DNA of 64,000 nt from an uncultured Thermoplasmatales archaeon (lineage in GTDB: Archaea; Thermoplasmatota; E2; DHVEG-1): contig CAZFFN010000086.1 of NCBI GenBank assembly GCA_964518165.1, positions 6,408-70,407 on the forward strand. The letters are read 5' to 3'. The notes under the pieces were generated by a model. That model was not told where the DNA came from, searched no databases, and saw only the letters and a list, made by a program, of their open reading frames with translations. This document shows, one piece after another, positions 61,575 through 64,000 of this stretch (the stretch's first letter is position 1; the number at the start of each line of letters is the position of its first letter). Made by a program: the position numbers and the translations under genes.

Positions 61575-62582
61575 ATGTCAACTCAAATAATTTATTCAGA
61601 TAAATTCAACAAACATAACAACAAAGGCCATCCTGAAAATGCAAAGCGTTTAAAAATAATGATGAAGGCACTTGAAAAAACAAAATTGTACAAAGATATA
61701 GATATAGTTGAACCAAAGATTCTATCAGAAAAAAAACTATATGAAATTCATTCTAAAAGAATGATAAATCAAGTTAAAGAACAAAGCAAAAAAGAAGAAG
61801 GCTGGATCGATCTAGATACATATGTAAGTAAAAATGATTTTGAAACAACAAGGCTTGCAGCTGGAGGAGTATTATCTGCATGTGAAAATGTTTTAAAGGG
61901 AAAAATAGAAAATGCTTTTTGTATGGTGCGGCCTCCTGGTCATCATGCAACCAGTGAAAGATCTATGGGTTTTTGCTTGTTTAACAATGGTGCAATAGCA
62001 GCTAATGAAATAGCAAAGAAAGGAAAAAAAGTTCTAATTATTGATCCAGATGTACACCACGGAAATGGAACTCAAGAAATTTTTTACAATAGATCTGATG
62101 TGATGTATCAATCAATTCATCTATCACCACATTTTCCAGGAACAGGTAAAATTGATGAGATAGGAGAAGGAAAAGGGAAAGGTTATAACATAAATGCACC
62201 ACTTTCTTTTTTATATGGAAATAGAGCTGCATTTCAAATATTAAATCAAGTGTTTTTACCCGTAGCTCGAGAGTTCAACCCAGATCTTATAATTATGACA
62301 ACTGGTTTTGATTCACATCATTCTGATCTATTAGGCGGCCTGCATTTTACAGCTGATTTCTTTGGAAAAATATTGAAAGTTTATCAAGAAATCCAGCCAA
62401 AAATAGTATGTACACTTGAAGGTGGATATAACAAGGAATGGATTGGTAAATGTTTTACATCCCAAATCGCTCAATTAATGCATGAACAAATTGATGTGAA
62501 AGATAAAATTAGTTCAAAATCAGATGTTACAAAAATAATTAAAGAAATTAAAGAAAATATAGGAAAATATTGGGATATCTAA
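61575..62582 (+). CDS. Histone deacetylase-family (HDAC/AcuC) amidohydrolase
   Basis: HPENAKRL, RPPGHH, GFCLFNN, DVHHGNGTQ, GFDSH, EGGY. Confidence 0.95.
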   Translation: MSTQIIYSDKFNKHNNKGHPENAKRLKIMMKALEKTKLYKDIDIVEPKILSEKKLYEIHSKRMINQVKEQSKKEEGWIDLDTYVSKNDFETTRLAAGGVLSACENVLKGKIENAFCMVRPPGHHATSERSMGFCLFNNGAIAANEIAKKGKKVLIIDPDVHHGNGTQEIFYNRSDVMYQSIHLSPHFPGTGKIDEIGEGKGKGYNINAPLSFLYGNRAAFQILNQVFLPVAREFNPDLIIMTTGFDSHHSDLLGGLHFTADFFGKILKVYQEIQPKIVCTLEGGYNKEWIGKCFTSQIAQLMHEQIDVKDKISSKSDVTKIIKEIKENIGKYWDI

Positions 62583-62878
62583 TCAAAGATCATTCCCATA
62601 CCAGATGCAGCAGAATCTTCTTGTTCTTCAATTTTTTTATTTATGTCTTCAGCTTTTTTTGCATCTAGTTTTTTAAAATTATATTCTTTAGCAAGCATCT
62701 CTGCTTTTTTTATTCCATCAACAGATCCTTCAACTTTTAGATATGAAAAATCTCCATCAATGTTTAGAGAGCTTGAGTCTCTTGTTAAAACACTTTGTCT
62801 GCTTACTAAATCATCTTTTATAAGTTTGTTAATTTTTCCAACGTCTTCGGATTTAACTTCAAAGATTACATATGCCAC
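62579..62878 (-). CDS. Conserved hypothetical protein
   Basis: GGTGA RBS plus GTG; 99 aa; DDLVSRQS, ASGMGMIFD. Confidence 0.7.
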   Translation of the reverse strand: MAYVIFEVKSEDVGKINKLIKDDLVSRQSVLTRDSSSLNIDGDFSYLKVEGSVDGIKKAEMLAKEYNFKKLDAKKAEDINKKIEEQEDSAASGMGMIFD

Positions 62879-62928
62879 TTTTAATCACCATTATTTTTTC
62901 TTGCGAAAATGTTAAGGTATATATAAAT

Positions 62929-63390
62929 TTAATCTCTAATTTTCATATTTCCCTCAGAGTCAATCTCGCCTTTTTTGATTCTAGTTGTACTAATCGGTTT
63001 TCCATCTTCAGATAGTATATATGGAATTTTTATGATTTTCATTGGTTTTTTGTTTAGTTCTATTCTTTTTTCATTTATTTTCTCTGCGTTTTTTATTGTT
63101 TCAGCTGATACAATGATTGCATCAAAATCATATTTAAGAGTTGGGCCATAGATTGTATTTATGGGTTCAATTTTAAAATCTGAGCTGTACTCCACTTTTT
63201 TGATATATTCAGCAAGATTCTTTTTTCTTTCTGAATACGATTTAACATTTTTTTTCTTATCTAATAATTCGTCAGTTGCAACCCCAATAAACACAAAACC
63301 ATCTTTACCCGTAGCTCTAAATGCTTTATCAATTAAGATCTTGTGACCCTTATGAATTATATCAAATGTTCCACCAAGGCAAACTTTCAT
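62929..63390 (-). CDS. coaD: Archaeal phosphopantetheine adenylyltransferase
   Basis: GGTFD..HKGH, IIVSAET, ISTTRIK.GEID. Confidence 0.93.
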   Translation of the reverse strand: MKVCLGGTFDIIHKGHKILIDKAFRATGKDGFVFIGVATDELLDKKKNVKSYSERKKNLAEYIKKVEYSSDFKIEPINTIYGPTLKYDFDAIIVSAETIKNAEKINEKRIELNKKPMKIIKIPYILSEDGKPISTTRIKKGEIDSEGNMKIRD

Positions 63391-63497
63391 CGAATTTGTT
63401 ATGGTTAAGCACTATAAAATTACTTCACTTTCTAAAAAACCATATTTTATTAAGAAAAATATAAATTCTAGCTGTTGTTTTGTTTTTGTTGAAGGTG

Positions 63498-64000
63498 ATG
63501 GGAAATATGAGATTAAAATTTATTGTTTTATTCCTATTTGTAGTAATGATTTCAATGTCTTTGAATATTTTTTCACCAAATGTTAAAGCTGCAACTAATG
63601 AGATATATGTAAAAGCAGATTATTCTGGGTACAGTGATGGTACAGCTGATAAACCATATAAAACGATAGGTGAAGCTTTAAATAACGCTGAAGATGGTGA
63701 TAAAATATATGTTTTTAGTGGACTTTATCAGGAAAACCTAGAAATAAATAAGAAGGTAACAATTGTAGGGGGTATCGATGAAAAAGAAACTATTATCGAT
63801 ACTAGATTTGATAGAAGATACTTAGTTGAAATTAAAACTGATGAAGTAACAATTGAAGGTATTACTTTTTCAGATGAAGATTCCTCTATGACTTCTCCTA
63901 TTGGAGCACTTCTTACATTAAACTCAAAAAATAATAGAATTGTCAGAAATACTTTTAAAAATTATAGTATGGGGTATGGTATTTATATTGCGTCTTCAGC
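63498..64000 (+). CDS. Secreted NosD/DUF1565-like beta-helix protein, 3'-truncated by the window edge
   Basis: ATG at 63498 or 63507; signal peptide; DGTADKPYKTIGEAL...GD.IYVFSG.YQE; not in the ORF track because there is no stop codon. Confidence 0.85.
   Translation, partial: MGNMRLKFIVLFLFVVMISMSLNIFSPNVKAATNEIYVKADYSGYSDGTADKPYKTIGEALNNAEDGDKIYVFSGLYQENLEINKKVTIVGGIDEKETIIDTRFDRRYLVEIKTDEVTIEGITFSDEDSSMTSPIGALLTLNSKNNRIVRNTFKNYSMGYGIYIASS

Overview
Very AT-rich archaeal chromosome segment, most consistent with a Thermoplasmatota lineage such as DHVEG-1/MBG-D. This is inferred from archaeal information genes (tgtA, tiaS, aTrm56, rpl1/P0/P1, Spt5), a class II HMG-CoA reductase and several secreted gingipain-like C25 peptidases. 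From start to end the window holds: a secreted-protein block (PKD, two C25, NosD/PKD with PGF-CTERM); tRNA-Asp; a complete archaeal type IV pilus locus with lectin-like adhesins; an MNT-HEPN module; dnaJ-hsp20; and an accessory zone at 23-30 kb around tRNA-Val and tRNA-Leu. That zone contains three integrase-less micro-islands bounded by direct repeats (a DUF488 gene pair, a RelE-type TA cassette, an AAA-DUF4143 ATPase). After it come NikR with a metal ABC transporter and housekeeping genes (aspS, PPS, PAC2, rtcB, pyrBI, HMGR, tgtA, nadX, nadC, ftsZ-secE-spt5-rpl11, tRNA-Gly, tiaS, rpl1-P0-P1). The end holds a candidate structured ncRNA, a third C25, a divergent family-B DNA polymerase with Pol-epsilon-like motifs, an HDAC-family protein and PPAT. 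No rRNA, CRISPR array, transposase or integrase was found. All family calls come from motif recognition by eye, not database searches.
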